Position numbers and translations under genes: made by a program. From the IMG/VR virus record IMGVR_UViG_3300037501_000029: a stretch of 64,000 bases of DNA; one strand, written 5' to 3'. This document shows, piece after piece, positions 30,947 to 40,909 of this stretch (positions are counted from its first letter, which is position 1; every line of letters starts with the position of its first letter). The notes under the pieces were generated by a model. It had not been told where the DNA came from. It saw only the letters and a list, made by a program, of their open reading frames with translations, and made no database searches. This stretch comes from a virus.

Positions 30947-31414
30947 TCAGTCGCCGTGATTCTTAATGCGTGTCTGCTGTTGAGCCTGCTGTATCTGCTG
31001 CAACTGCTGAAATTGGCGCGCCTGATCCTGGATGATTTCGCAGTTCGACATCACCCGCGAGTTCTCGGCAATGACGGCGGTGTTCTTTTCGATCACCGTT
31101 TTCAAGTCAAGGATGATCTCGCGTCCTATTCTCAGGAACCATAAGACGAGTCCCATCAGGAAAAGGCACATTGCTCCAAGCGCCCCGTACTGCATGAACG
31201 TCGCAGATTCAGGCGCCGCAGCCTGTACCAATCCGAGGGCCAAAAAGAAAGTCATGATGGCAGTGCTAATCAGGATCATGCTAAGACTCCGGGAAAGATA
31301 CACCAGGACATAGTCAATCGTCGCCGCACGCATGGCCCGGCGCCCGGCTGGGCCAGTGGCGCGAACCCACTGGACACGCCCCCAAAATTGGTCATCCGTC
31401 ATAGCGCCCTCCAT
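30947..31414 (-). CDS. membrane protein with C-terminal Gln-rich coiled coil (holin/spanin-like position), 155 aa
   Basis: Track ORF. Two hydrophobic helices (SMILISTAIMTFFLALGLV, LGAMCLFLMGLVLWFL), then QFQQLQQIQQAQQQ. Confidence 0.5.
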   Translation of the reverse strand: MEGAMTDDQFWGRVQWVRATGPAGRRAMRAATIDYVLVYLSRSLSMILISTAIMTFFLALGLVQAAAPESATFMQYGALGAMCLFLMGLVLWFLRIGREIILDLKTVIEKNTAVIAENSRVMSNCEIIQDQARQFQQLQQIQQAQQQTRIKNHGD

Positions 31415-31502
31415 GGGATGCGCCGCTCAACCCATCGCTCACATCGCCGCTCGACCACGATGGCCAGCGGCGATCACAAAAGCGATTTTGCCCAATCCCC
31501 TC

Positions 31503-31622
31503 TCATCCACCATGTTCAACAATCACCGCCAGACATTCGCCGATCAACCAGGCGCAGATGAGGATTACCGCCGTAGCCAGCAGCGATGTCAGAAGCAGCG
31601 CGGCATCAGCGAGTTTTCTCAT
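31503..31622 (-). CDS. small membrane protein, 39 aa
   Basis: Hand-translated: MRKLADAALLLTSLLATAVILICAWLIGECLAVIVEHGG. Below the track cutoff. Confidence 0.3.
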   Translation of the reverse strand: MRKLADAALLLTSLLATAVILICAWLIGECLAVIVEHGG

Positions 31623-31809
31623 CATCTTGCGCCTTCGTCCGGCTGTCGGAGGCGAACAATAGACCGATGGCCGTCACAAGAGCGGTCATGACTTCCGGCT
31701 GCATGGCGGCTTGAGGATTCTCGGCGATCTTCGGTGCGATTACCAGGATCGTGCCGACGCCGGCCGCCGTGGTTTTCCAGTTGGTCCTGATGTGATCGAG
31801 GAATTTCAT
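31606..31809 (-). CDS. small membrane protein, 67 aa (holin-like position)
   Basis: Track ORF. Hydrophobic segments TAAGVGTILVIAP and VMTALVTAIGLLFA. ATGA overlap with the upstream gene. Confidence 0.45.
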   Translation of the reverse strand: MKFLDHIRTNWKTTAAGVGTILVIAPKIAENPQAAMQPEVMTALVTAIGLLFASDSRTKAQDDEKTR

Positions 31810-32717
31810 GAGCCCTCCTTGTTCAGCGCATCCTGGATGGTCTTCACACGGGCGAGGATCTCGGCGATGCGCTTGGGCATGGCCTTGGCATCGTCTGTCT
31901 CGATCGTTTCCGCTTTGTCGGTCCGCTCGACCATCGGGACGGTGAACGGATTGCTCACATTCCAGCGCTCATTGGTCCTCAGCGGGCGTTGTGGAATCGG
32001 GATCTCGGGCCGCAAGTCCTGCTCGCCGACATCAGCAGGGATTTCGGAGACCCAGTTCAAGCCGCCATTGGAGTATGTCCAGCGGCCTGGCGCTCCAACG
32101 CCCATGGCGTACTTGAGCTTGAGCGCCCGCCCGACCGAGACCGCTCCCTCGCCGCCGTTCAGCCTCAGATTCCAGAAGCGGCGAATTTCATGCGGCTCGA
32201 AACGGTAGGCGTACGGCCCTGTCATGACCGTCTCGTAGGGCGCAGAGACATCGGTGATGCCTGGCACGGCGGCGAGCTCCTTGGTCAACGCCACAGCATC
32301 GGCATGGTGCGAGAGATCCACCGATGGCAGATAGATCTTCCGGCCAGTCGGCCGGCCGAGCGAGTCCAGATCGTCCATGTACGCGCCAGACGGTTCCGGC
32401 TCGTACTTCGGGTAGTCGTACTGGCCGGGCAGATTCGGCGATGAGGCCTCGCGGTTGGTGATGGCGAGGCGGCGCCGGATCGGTCCGCTCGGGCGCAGAT
32501 CCCAGTATTCGACCACATAGGGCTCGTCGGGCGGCAGGTCCGCAGCACTGCTGTCGAACCACCGTTGGATGCGCCGGTTGCGGTCCCATGGCGGGGCCTG
32601 TTCGCCGAATAGTTGGCGGTGGATCGCCCTTGTGAGGCGCGGGAACAGACGCAATTCGTCGGGTGAATAGATGGCCGCGTCCGGCTGTGGGCGCGGCGTT
32701 GGGAGTGAAGTGCTCAT
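31806..32717 (-). CDS. hypothetical virion-module protein, 303 aa
   Basis: Track ORF within the structural gene block. No domain recognised. Confidence 0.55.
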   Translation of the reverse strand: MSTSLPTPRPQPDAAIYSPDELRLFPRLTRAIHRQLFGEQAPPWDRNRRIQRWFDSSAADLPPDEPYVVEYWDLRPSGPIRRRLAITNREASSPNLPGQYDYPKYEPEPSGAYMDDLDSLGRPTGRKIYLPSVDLSHHADAVALTKELAAVPGITDVSAPYETVMTGPYAYRFEPHEIRRFWNLRLNGGEGAVSVGRALKLKYAMGVGAPGRWTYSNGGLNWVSEIPADVGEQDLRPEIPIPQRPLRTNERWNVSNPFTVPMVERTDKAETIETDDAKAMPKRIAEILARVKTIQDALNKEGS

Positions 32718-32745
32718 CAGTGACCTCTTTCGTATTGGATTGCCG

Positions 32746-33153
32746 TCAACTCATGGATTCGCCGACCACAAGACGAAGGGTTCTTGCGGCCGTCTGAACA
32801 ATGGGAGTTGTGCCGGCCGCATCCGTCCCGACGATCTGGAGGAATCGCCCGGAGATGATGTCATCGGCTCCGAACTGAATGTACTTGCCTGTTGGCGTAG
32901 CGTGCAGGACCGCGAGTTTCAACGCGCCTGCAATAGTAGTGACGGGATACCAACCGGCATCGTCATAGGCCGGGGCTTCCGCGCCGTTGACCCCCGTGCC
33001 AGGGTGGACGTTGAACGCGAGCTTGACCGCGGCTGCCGTCCATGCGGCCGGCATGTAAATGCCGAGTAGCCGCTGTCCCATGAGCGGGATCGCCGCGGAC
33101 GCGGCCGTGTTGATGGCGATAGTGGTGGTAATTTCGGTTTGGTAGACGCTCAT
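32746..33153 (-). CDS. hypothetical virion-module protein, 135 aa
   Basis: Track ORF. ATGA overlap with the stop of the 1609-aa gene. Confidence 0.55.
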   Translation of the reverse strand: MSVYQTEITTTIAINTAASAAIPLMGQRLLGIYMPAAWTAAAVKLAFNVHPGTGVNGAEAPAYDDAGWYPVTTIAGALKLAVLHATPTGKYIQFGADDIISGRFLQIVGTDAAGTTPIVQTAARTLRLVVGESMS

Positions 33154-36100
33154 TGGGCTGCTGCTCCTGGGATAAAGTTGAGTGCTTTTTGCAAGATCAC
33201 GAGTTGCTGTTCTGGCGGCATCTTGACGAAGCGTTCGTTGCTGATGAGTTCGCGCACATCCTGACGGCCCTTGGCGATTGCCGCTTCCAAGGCTTCCTTG
33301 CGCTCGTAGTCGGTGGCGTTTTCATACTCGGGAGAATTGACGATCCGGTCGAGGTACATCTTCATCATGCGTCCTACGAGCACACGGCGGGCGTTGGTGT
33401 TCTCTTCCGGCTCCACCTTGGCCGAGATGGTGACCGGTATCCCGGCCTTCTCAAGTTCGTTGGCGCCCTCAAAGGCTTCGGCCTGCGTTGTTACTTCGGC
33501 GGTCTTGCCGTTGGCCGGATTGGTCAGTACGTAGGTTGTGCCGGGATCTGTTTCAGCGATGCCAACAGCGAGTCGTAGAAGCTCTTTGGAGAGTTTGTCA
33601 TTCTTCGGCGCAACCGAGTTGAACATGTCAATGGCGGCGAAGGGGTTTTCTGGAATTGGTTGCCCGAGCCGGTCGTACCTCGCGGGAAGATCGCCGCGTA
33701 GTCCAGGAATGCGCGACTGGATCTCGTTGCCCTTGCCTAAACGCATGGCTTCTTCGTTGATCCCCCGCACTGAACGGTCAATGTCTGTGATGATTGGCGG
33801 GACAAGGCTTGCTGCGGTTGATTTCAAAATTCTGCCAGCTCCGCGCTCCATGGCTTGTGGGCTTCTGGTCAGTTCAACCACATCCTTCATTCCTTTGTTC
33901 ATCGGAAGGTCAAGCATCCCTTTCGTTGCCGCCCATGCAAGATTCGCCCAAACATTAAACGGATTTTTCCTGATCTTCTTCCCGTACTGCTCCCATCCGT
34001 TTTGAAGAGTTGCACCCATCAGGAGCGGTGTCACCATCGGAGCGAGTGGCGAGATGTTCCGCCACTCCCCACCAATGAACAGCGAAGTGTATGGCTTACC
34101 GGCGTATTCTCTTGTGCCACGTTCACCTTCTGATTCACTGGTGTCATAGCCCGTTAAAATCCCCTGTTCGGCAAGATAGTAGCCTAGCATCCAGATTGCA
34201 GAGCCTACCGCCCCTCGTGAAATTGCATCAGTGTACGCCTTGGTGATCTGAGGCGTGATGACCTTCTTCAGTTCGGCGATGTCCTTTTCGCGGATCTCGA
34301 CACCTTCCTGTGTGAGATTGGGACGGTCGCGCTTTAGCGCCGCCTGCGCCGTGTTAACCTGTCGGCGCAATGACTCACCTTTGGCAATCCCCATCGCTGG
34401 GCCGATAAGCGGGTCATAACGAAGGGCCATCAAGCCTACGTTTATAGGCGTTCGGATGTACCGGACAATAGAGTCAAATGGCAACCGAATGAGAGGATGC
34501 CACTGAGAGCGTTCACGGCTGATGGCGCTTGCCAATCTGTTATGGCTGTTGAACGTCGCCATATCCCCATAGAGCAAGGCATTGTCCATCATGATCTTCG
34601 GCGGCGCTGCCAGAATCTCAGCCATGCGAGCATCCACCTGACTCCGTTTGATTACACCTGCCCGCGCTTCGTTGAGCGCTTGGACCTTCGCCTGTGTCTG
34701 CAAGGCGATGTGGATTGCAAACTCCTTGTTGAAACGGTCCTCAGCCGCCAGCGTCCGGAACAGCGTGTTGACGAATTGGTTGATCTTGTCGCTGACTGGT
34801 TTGGGAATGTAGTCTTTTTGGAAGTTGAATTCCCGTGGCCGGTCGCCAGCCATTATCTGTTCGCGGGTTGCCCCATGCTTCAGTGTATGTAGCGCAGCCT
34901 CGCTTCCTTCATTCCACTGATGCCGCAAGGCGTTCCAGTACATCTGCGGCGATACCGCCGCCATGGTACGTTGACGCTTTCCGAATGCCGCCTGCACGGT
35001 GTCAATCCACGCGCCCGGATATGATCTGATCACCTCGGCGAGGTGAGTGTGCAGCATCGTGCCGACCACGTTGCGCTCATGTGTCTTGAGCCCAGTAAGA
35101 GGCAACGCCTTGAGCAGAATGGATGCGAGTTCCGTCCACCCGTCCTTCTCCAGCGCCGCGATCTCATTCTGTAGACGCGCCTTCGCCTCCATTACCTGAG
35201 TTGCCGCTGCCTTTACGCGCGGAATGCCGGTCATCATTTCCTCGCGCTTGGCAAGCAACCGTTGATACTGCGCCTTCACGTTGCGGTACTGCTTGCGGGC
35301 GGCATCAAGTTCAGCCTGAATCTCTGGTCTGCCAGCACCAGCCGCTTCCATCTCGGCAATCATGTCGCGAATCTGAGCCTGTTGCGTCCTGAGTGCTTCC
35401 TCGGCTTTGATGTCGTAGCCGCTTTCGGCCAGCGCCTTGTCGAGCGCGGCCTGAGCGTCCTGCCCTCGCGCTGTGGCCGTACGGATCTTCACTTCCACGT
35501 CGGACGGGAGTTCGTTGTTGGGTGAGAGACCCTTGGCGCGTTTGGCTTGGCCGAGCCACGAGGATGTGTCCCAATCCGAATCGGACATCTCGCCAAACAT
35601 CCGGAGGCCGCGGCCTGCCGATGCCCGCGTTTTCTCCAGCATCGTCTGCATCTGCCTGAGTGCCGAACGCTTTTCTTCGATGGTGTTGTTCAGCAATTCA
35701 AGTTGCTCCTGAGGCAAGATGTTGCCTTCGCGTTGGAGCCTACCTTCTGCTTCGGTGATCTCCCGGCTGAGTGCGTTCACACGTTCTCGCATGGCATACG
35801 TTGCTGCGCGGTCTTGTGCGCTTCTCGCCGCCTGTGCCGCCGTGCGCTCCATCTGAGCCTGCCCAACGTCTTGCGCCGCTTCCTTGATCGCAGCCGTTGA
35901 TTCAACCGTCTTGGGCTCAAGAATGCCCGCCGCGATTGAGGCTTCGTACTCAAGCCGCAGTTTCGCTTTCTCCCGGTCGGAGATGTTGAGACGATCGAAG
36001 TTCACGAAATCTTCTGCGGTGTCTTTGCCGAATGGATTGCGGAAACGGATTGATCCCAATTCGCCCTTGATACGGCGGCTGGAGATGCGACTACCGGGCG

Positions 36101-37979
36101 GCGAGAGCGGGGGGGGCTGAATCCCCGCTGCCCCTGCCGCCCCGGTGGGCTCACCCACCGGCCCCATCGCGTTGATGCGGGGTGGCACGACAAGGCTGGC
36201 GGCAGAGGCAGGGCTGGCATATGTGCTCTTGGCTTCCTCAATTGACATCCTTTCAAACCGTGACGGAGTTCCCTCCAGTTGATGCGATAGCGATGGATAT
36301 TCTGTACGAGGAACTAACTCAGTCCCGGATTCGTCTCCCGGTTTGCGGAATGCTGTATCTGGGAAATCGCTTATCTTTGCGATACGGATTTCGCCTCCAG
36401 GCCCATCCCGTTCAGCGAACGAAATAGCCTCGCCCAGATTGTCTGTCCACCAAGGAGACTCAATATCTGTGCCCAGTCTCCCAGCCCTAACACCTTGATA
36501 GTATGTATGTGTCGGCGGTTGAATCCCCGCGTCCCGCGCTGGCGCTACCGGCTCGGGTAGTCCTTCGCGTCCTGCCGCTTCGGTTGGCTCTTGAAATACT
36601 CCACTTCGGCCAATCTCCGATGCGCCTGTGATTTGCTGAGGTTCGGTTTGGAGAGGTTCCGCCCGCTTTCCGACCGCACTTGATACCCCTGGGATGTTTT
36701 GACGATCATTCGGCTGTGCCTCCTGCTGCGGTTGCAATTGCCGCGCTTGCTCCTTCTTCAGTTCCGCTGCTGCCTCCTGTTCGTATCGCCTGCGAACATC
36801 TCTGTCTTTAAGCGCCCTGTCAACCATCGCAGCTTCATCGCGGGTGAGATCGAAGTATCGCTTGCCGTGGATGTCCTGAGCCGCCATGTCTCGTGCTGTG
36901 ATAGGCAGACCGGGCATCGGCTTGCCGGGTGTCGGGGGGCCTTCTGGCAGACGCCGAAGGACGGCGGCGGATTCCTCGGCTGACTTGAATGGCTGGACGG
37001 GGGGGTCGGTTAGAGGACGCGGGGCGTTCTCACGGCGCAGCGTCTCCTCTGCCAACACAGACGCCGCGATGTCCTCGGCCTGCGCCCGCCGCTGCGCTTC
37101 CTCGATCGGCTTGAACCCCGGTGGCGGTTTCAAATCGCCCGGCGCAATTGGCCGCGTGCCCATGTAGGAGACGGGATCGGCCATCGGGTAATCGCCCAAC
37201 TTCCCGGCGTTAAACCTAGCTTGCTGCGGGGCTGACAACGGATGTGGGGGCGTCTGCCCCGTCATCTGCCGCTGAACCGCTGGCTTCATCGAACCAACGG
37301 TATGTTTCCCGATGCCTGTTGCCATCGCGCCCGTTGCCCCGATATCAGTCAGGGCTTCAGCCGCAGCCTCGGTGTCGCCGCGCTTCAATGCCTCGCTGTA
37401 TTGCACGTACTGCTCAGGCAAAGCCTTCGCCATCTCAGACGCGAAATACGTCCCGGCTGTGGCATTCGCGGCCATGGCAAGCGGGGCAGCTGGGGGGAAC
37501 AATGCGCCTGCCGCGTTGACAGCAGCGAGCCCTGCTCCGATGCCGATGTTCTTCGGCGTGATCAACCCTTCGATGTTCTTGAGACCTGATCGCTTCACGC
37601 CGGTAGCGATTTTCTCCCAGGACAATGCCGTCGGAGCCGCCCGCCGTGGCTTGTCAAATTCCACCAGCGGCGTATCCGGCTGCGCCATCTTCGCAATTGC
37701 CTTGCCTGCTGTCTCTGCTCCAAACGCCACCCGTTGCCCCGGCTTGTCCGCAATATAGGACACCGGCCTGATTTCCGGCTTGAATGGCTTTGGTTCGCTG
37801 ACCTTCAGCCCGCCTGCCGCTGATGCCTGCTCCGCGATGGTCGGGGCATCCTTATAGTCATCATAGGAGCCGGGGTACTTCGCTTGGACTGCACGCGCAA
37901 GTTCTCTGTCGTCCAGGGCGTCATAAGCGCCGGGATACTTTCTCTTGACGAGTTGGCCGAGTTCTTGCAGCGTTGGCAT
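33150..37979 (-). CDS. giant (1609 aa) internal virion / ejection-type multidomain protein
   Basis: Single uninterrupted ORF. Duplicated N-terminal KYPG(A/S)YD motif. Long Ala/Glu/Gln-rich coiled-coil centre. Conserved-looking C-terminal half. No tape-measure neighbours (no tube/sheath genes seen). The role is inferred from size and position. Confidence 0.65.
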   Translation of the reverse strand: MPTLQELGQLVKRKYPGAYDALDDRELARAVQAKYPGSYDDYKDAPTIAEQASAAGGLKVSEPKPFKPEIRPVSYIADKPGQRVAFGAETAGKAIAKMAQPDTPLVEFDKPRRAAPTALSWEKIATGVKRSGLKNIEGLITPKNIGIGAGLAAVNAAGALFPPAAPLAMAANATAGTYFASEMAKALPEQYVQYSEALKRGDTEAAAEALTDIGATGAMATGIGKHTVGSMKPAVQRQMTGQTPPHPLSAPQQARFNAGKLGDYPMADPVSYMGTRPIAPGDLKPPPGFKPIEEAQRRAQAEDIAASVLAEETLRRENAPRPLTDPPVQPFKSAEESAAVLRRLPEGPPTPGKPMPGLPITARDMAAQDIHGKRYFDLTRDEAAMVDRALKDRDVRRRYEQEAAAELKKEQARQLQPQQEAQPNDRQNIPGVSSAVGKRAEPLQTEPQQITGASEIGRSGVFQEPTEAAGREGLPEPVAPARDAGIQPPTHTYYQGVRAGRLGTDIESPWWTDNLGEAISFAERDGPGGEIRIAKISDFPDTAFRKPGDESGTELVPRTEYPSLSHQLEGTPSRFERMSIEEAKSTYASPASAASLVVPPRINAMGPVGEPTGAAGAAGIQPPPLSPPGSRISSRRIKGELGSIRFRNPFGKDTAEDFVNFDRLNISDREKAKLRLEYEASIAAGILEPKTVESTAAIKEAAQDVGQAQMERTAAQAARSAQDRAATYAMRERVNALSREITEAEGRLQREGNILPQEQLELLNNTIEEKRSALRQMQTMLEKTRASAGRGLRMFGEMSDSDWDTSSWLGQAKRAKGLSPNNELPSDVEVKIRTATARGQDAQAALDKALAESGYDIKAEEALRTQQAQIRDMIAEMEAAGAGRPEIQAELDAARKQYRNVKAQYQRLLAKREEMMTGIPRVKAAATQVMEAKARLQNEIAALEKDGWTELASILLKALPLTGLKTHERNVVGTMLHTHLAEVIRSYPGAWIDTVQAAFGKRQRTMAAVSPQMYWNALRHQWNEGSEAALHTLKHGATREQIMAGDRPREFNFQKDYIPKPVSDKINQFVNTLFRTLAAEDRFNKEFAIHIALQTQAKVQALNEARAGVIKRSQVDARMAEILAAPPKIMMDNALLYGDMATFNSHNRLASAISRERSQWHPLIRLPFDSIVRYIRTPINVGLMALRYDPLIGPAMGIAKGESLRRQVNTAQAALKRDRPNLTQEGVEIREKDIAELKKVITPQITKAYTDAISRGAVGSAIWMLGYYLAEQGILTGYDTSESEGERGTREYAGKPYTSLFIGGEWRNISPLAPMVTPLLMGATLQNGWEQYGKKIRKNPFNVWANLAWAATKGMLDLPMNKGMKDVVELTRSPQAMERGAGRILKSTAASLVPPIITDIDRSVRGINEEAMRLGKGNEIQSRIPGLRGDLPARYDRLGQPIPENPFAAIDMFNSVAPKNDKLSKELLRLAVGIAETDPGTTYVLTNPANGKTAEVTTQAEAFEGANELEKAGIPVTISAKVEPEENTNARRVLVGRMMKMYLDRIVNSPEYENATDYERKEALEAAIAKGRQDVRELISNERFVKMPPEQQLVILQKALNFIPGAAAQ

Positions 37980-37991
37980 CGGATGACTCCG

Positions 37992-39179
37992 TTACTTGAA
38001 CAGACCCAATGGATCGGATGGTACAGACGGCTTGGCCACTGGCTTCGGTGCAGTTCCGCTCGGCGGCGGCTTTGTTTCCCCGTCGAGTGCCTTAAAGAGA
38101 GGATTATCCTTCTTTCCCTTCGCCCGATCAGCTTTGCGCTTCCGGAGTACGGCTGCTGCGTCCGGCTTGCCCTCGGCATCGGCTTGTGCGGCGGCTTTGT
38201 CAAGGTCGCCCGAGTTCATGGATTCAAGGCGGTTAGCTTCCTTCTCTGCCTCATCTTTCTTCCGCTTGATTTCCGTATCCGTCTTTGTCGATTCGGCTTG
38301 CGCTTTATTGCGCGGAATGCCAGATAGTCTTAGATCCGGGGTGCTCTCGTAATACCGCTGCATTTGTCTTGCGGCTTCTGCTCTGGCTTTTTCTTCCGGC
38401 ATCCCTAAGATCATGTAGTTTTCAACCATCCGGTTGAACGTCCGAGTCTGCGTACTCTCTACAGGTGGTTCCGGTTTGGCCGGGGCGGAAGCGATCAACT
38501 TGCCGCTGGCATCATACCGCGCTTGGCCGGGGTCTAGGCTAAAGCCAGGGTCAGGCTTGTTCATCGCTTGTTCGATCTGCGCTTGCCTGCGCTCCTCAGT
38601 TGCTTCCTGCTTTGCCCGCGCTTGCAGTTCGGCATCCAATGCCGCCTGCCTGCGATCTTCCTCGGCTTGTTGTTTCGCCGCCTGGGCAACCCTGCCGAGC
38701 GCTTCCATCTTTTCCTCGTATTCCTGCCGCCGCCGCGCTACGTTCGGGTGCATGATGTCTGGGTTGATGAACATATCCCCGATAGTGTGCAAAGCTCTCC
38801 TCCAGCCGGTTTGTCTGTGCTGAGGCTGCGGAGGGGCTTCCGCGAGTTTCATGTACTCGCCGTAGATATCCCGCGCCGCCCGCGTCGATTCCCGCGCCTG
38901 ATCGGAGGAGCGCCACTGTGGGTCGAGTTTGGGTGCGGTCAGAGGAGGAGGAGGAGGATCCGACAGGGGGACGGCTGGGACCTCCGGCTCCTCCATCGTT
39001 GCCATGGCGGGAGAGGATCGCCATGGGGGGGTGTAGGCCGTGATAGGTTCCTGCAATGGCGGCGGCGCATTCACCGGTCGCTGCAACCACTGCGGGGTGA
39101 ACTTCTTGCGTGGCTGCCCGTAGTCTGCCGGGTCAACGAATGGTGGTGTGCGAGCGTCGTAGTAGGGCATTGTTATCAT
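37992..39179 (-). CDS. internal virion protein (Pro-rich N-terminus, coiled-coil centre), 395 aa
   Basis: Track ORF 37992-39281 trimmed to MITMPYYDARTPPF... (ATGA overlap with the upstream stop). Confidence 0.55.
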   Translation of the reverse strand: MITMPYYDARTPPFVDPADYGQPRKKFTPQWLQRPVNAPPPLQEPITAYTPPWRSSPAMATMEEPEVPAVPLSDPPPPPLTAPKLDPQWRSSDQARESTRAARDIYGEYMKLAEAPPQPQHRQTGWRRALHTIGDMFINPDIMHPNVARRRQEYEEKMEALGRVAQAAKQQAEEDRRQAALDAELQARAKQEATEERRQAQIEQAMNKPDPGFSLDPGQARYDASGKLIASAPAKPEPPVESTQTRTFNRMVENYMILGMPEEKARAEAARQMQRYYESTPDLRLSGIPRNKAQAESTKTDTEIKRKKDEAEKEANRLESMNSGDLDKAAAQADAEGKPDAAAVLRKRKADRAKGKKDNPLFKALDGETKPPPSGTAPKPVAKPSVPSDPLGLFK

Positions 39180-40909
39180 TCTCCTGGTTTTTTCGCACCT
39201 CTCGGCATTTTGTTCATCCCCAAAGTGGCCGCCGTACCGAGGATTTGGCCGACAAGAGGCTTGAACACTTGATTCCCCCAACCCATCTCTGATTTCGCCA
39301 GTTCGTACTGCTGCTTGTTCCGCGTTGCCGTGTTCGCCCCCTGCGCCATCGTCCCGTAGTTCTCTACCCGCTGACCTTGCGCGGCGTTGATGTTCTGATT
39401 GGCGCTGTCTCGCGCCTGTGAGAACCCTTCCGCTGCAGTCTGAGTATCACCGCGGCGGGCATTGCCGATGTTCAGACCAGCCGCAGTGCCCCGGTCGGCA
39501 ATCGCAGTGGTGCGCTCAAACTGGCTGCGGTCGCCAGACTGAGCAATCCCTTGACGATTCTGAAGCAATGCCAGATTCCGCGCTGCCGCTTGTTCATCTG
39601 CCGTTTGGAAGGCGCGAATCCCGAGATCCTGATTAAACTGGTTCGCCTGCTGTTGGATGTTGGCGGCCGCCTGCGCGGCGTCCATGCCGAGTTTCTGCTG
39701 TTCGACCGCCGCCGCCACACCACGGTTGGCGATGTCGCGCTCGGCATCCGTCAGGTAGCCGGTGAGCCCCTGTTGCGCCCGCAGCCGCATCTCTTCCGTG
39801 CTGAGCCCCGCGTTGATGGCCTGATTGCCAAGCCCCATTTCAGCCTGAGAGCGCAAGCCGGAGTATCCTTGCTCTGCCCCGAGCCGCATTTGCTCGGCGG
39901 TCCTATAGGTATCGCGCTGCGCGGCCTGGGCGGCAAGCTCAGCGTTCGTGCGGGCATCCGCCATGTCTACCGCCGCCCTGCGTGCCAGCCGATCCTTGGC
40001 CGCTGCAATGGCCATGGGAGTAGCATTGCCGCTCTGCGCCGCCGCCAATTCGATGTCATCCTGAAGCGCCCGGTACTGATTGCCTACTTGTCGCTGCGCC
40101 CGGCCTACGTAACCCTCGCGTTCGGCATCCGACATCTTGAGCCCGGTCGCGTCCAGCTTGAGCTTTTCGTAGTCGATGGCGTCTCGGACATTCCGGCCGG
40201 TGGAATCGACCGCCCCCTGGATGCGCCCCGCTGCCCGCGGATCCATCGTGAGAGCTTGTGCGTCAATGGCTCCCCGCTGCCCCGTTGCGCCCTGTTGGAC
40301 CGCATCCATGACCCGCCCCTGCCCTGTTTCGTAGGCCCCGGTAATGTTACGTGCTCCTGTTCCAGCGATATCTTCAGTATGCGCAGGATCAAACCACTGA
40401 AGGGCTTTGCTGGGGTCTCCCATCGCGCCAGCCCATTCGGCATCGGTGGCGTACATGCCCTGGGTTGTTTCGGGGTTGTACTTGAGCGCATCCATCGCCT
40501 CTTTCTGGCGAATCTCCTCTTGTTCCTCGGGGGTGTAGCCAGGCCGGTCGGCCATGCGCCCGTAGAGTTCCTCCGCTCGGCCTCCAGCCCGTGCCGCTTC
40601 CACATTCTGCTGCATAATGCGGTTCTGAAGGTCCGAGTCGATCTGCCCGCCCATGCTATAGATGATCTGCCGGTCCTGTTCCGACATCTTGCCGGGTTCG
40701 CTGGAATTGACGGCTGACATCGGAAACCCTGACTGCGTAAAGACCGGCTGGTAGCCGCCGCCGTAGGGAGCGGGAGAGGATACCGCTCCCTGTGGCGGCG
40801 GTGGGGTGCTGGCGCTGGAGGGATAATAACCGACATCCAAAGGCTGAACATCTGTCAATGCCCTGCGGCGGTTGAGATAGTCTCGTGGAACGGTCATGTT
40901 AGTCGCCAT
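39176..40909 (-). CDS. internal virion protein, Gln/Ala-rich, 577 aa
   Basis: Track ORF 39176-40963 trimmed to MATNMTVPRDYLNRRR.... The several long shadow ORFs in other frames are ignored. Confidence 0.55.
   Translation of the reverse strand: MATNMTVPRDYLNRRRALTDVQPLDVGYYPSSASTPPPPQGAVSSPAPYGGGYQPVFTQSGFPMSAVNSSEPGKMSEQDRQIIYSMGGQIDSDLQNRIMQQNVEAARAGGRAEELYGRMADRPGYTPEEQEEIRQKEAMDALKYNPETTQGMYATDAEWAGAMGDPSKALQWFDPAHTEDIAGTGARNITGAYETGQGRVMDAVQQGATGQRGAIDAQALTMDPRAAGRIQGAVDSTGRNVRDAIDYEKLKLDATGLKMSDAEREGYVGRAQRQVGNQYRALQDDIELAAAQSGNATPMAIAAAKDRLARRAAVDMADARTNAELAAQAAQRDTYRTAEQMRLGAEQGYSGLRSQAEMGLGNQAINAGLSTEEMRLRAQQGLTGYLTDAERDIANRGVAAAVEQQKLGMDAAQAAANIQQQANQFNQDLGIRAFQTADEQAAARNLALLQNRQGIAQSGDRSQFERTTAIADRGTAAGLNIGNARRGDTQTAAEGFSQARDSANQNINAAQGQRVENYGTMAQGANTATRNKQQYELAKSEMGWGNQVFKPLVGQILGTAATLGMNKMPRGAKKPGE

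Noticed and set aside
36300-36512. Segment of the 1609-aa protein (HTYYQGVRAGRLG...PWWTDNLGEAISFA...GTELV) that looked vaguely like an R-S-E ADP-ribosyltransferase signature.
   Set aside because: The Arg, Ser-x-Ser and Glu-x-Glu elements are not actually present in canonical form (YQG instead of YRG, no STS, no ExE). This is a resemblance only.
39551-40851. Long alternative-frame ORFs over the 577-aa internal protein gene (388 aa on plus, 248 aa on minus).
   Set aside because: Arg/Pro/Gly/Leu-rich compositions, no RBS, and they break the otherwise perfect minus-strand overlap-coupled tiling. Treated as shadow frames. The same reasoning applies to 43808-44689 (-), 53325-54128 (+), 53536-54366 (+), 60531-61307 (+), 29077-29748 (-) and many shorter track entries.
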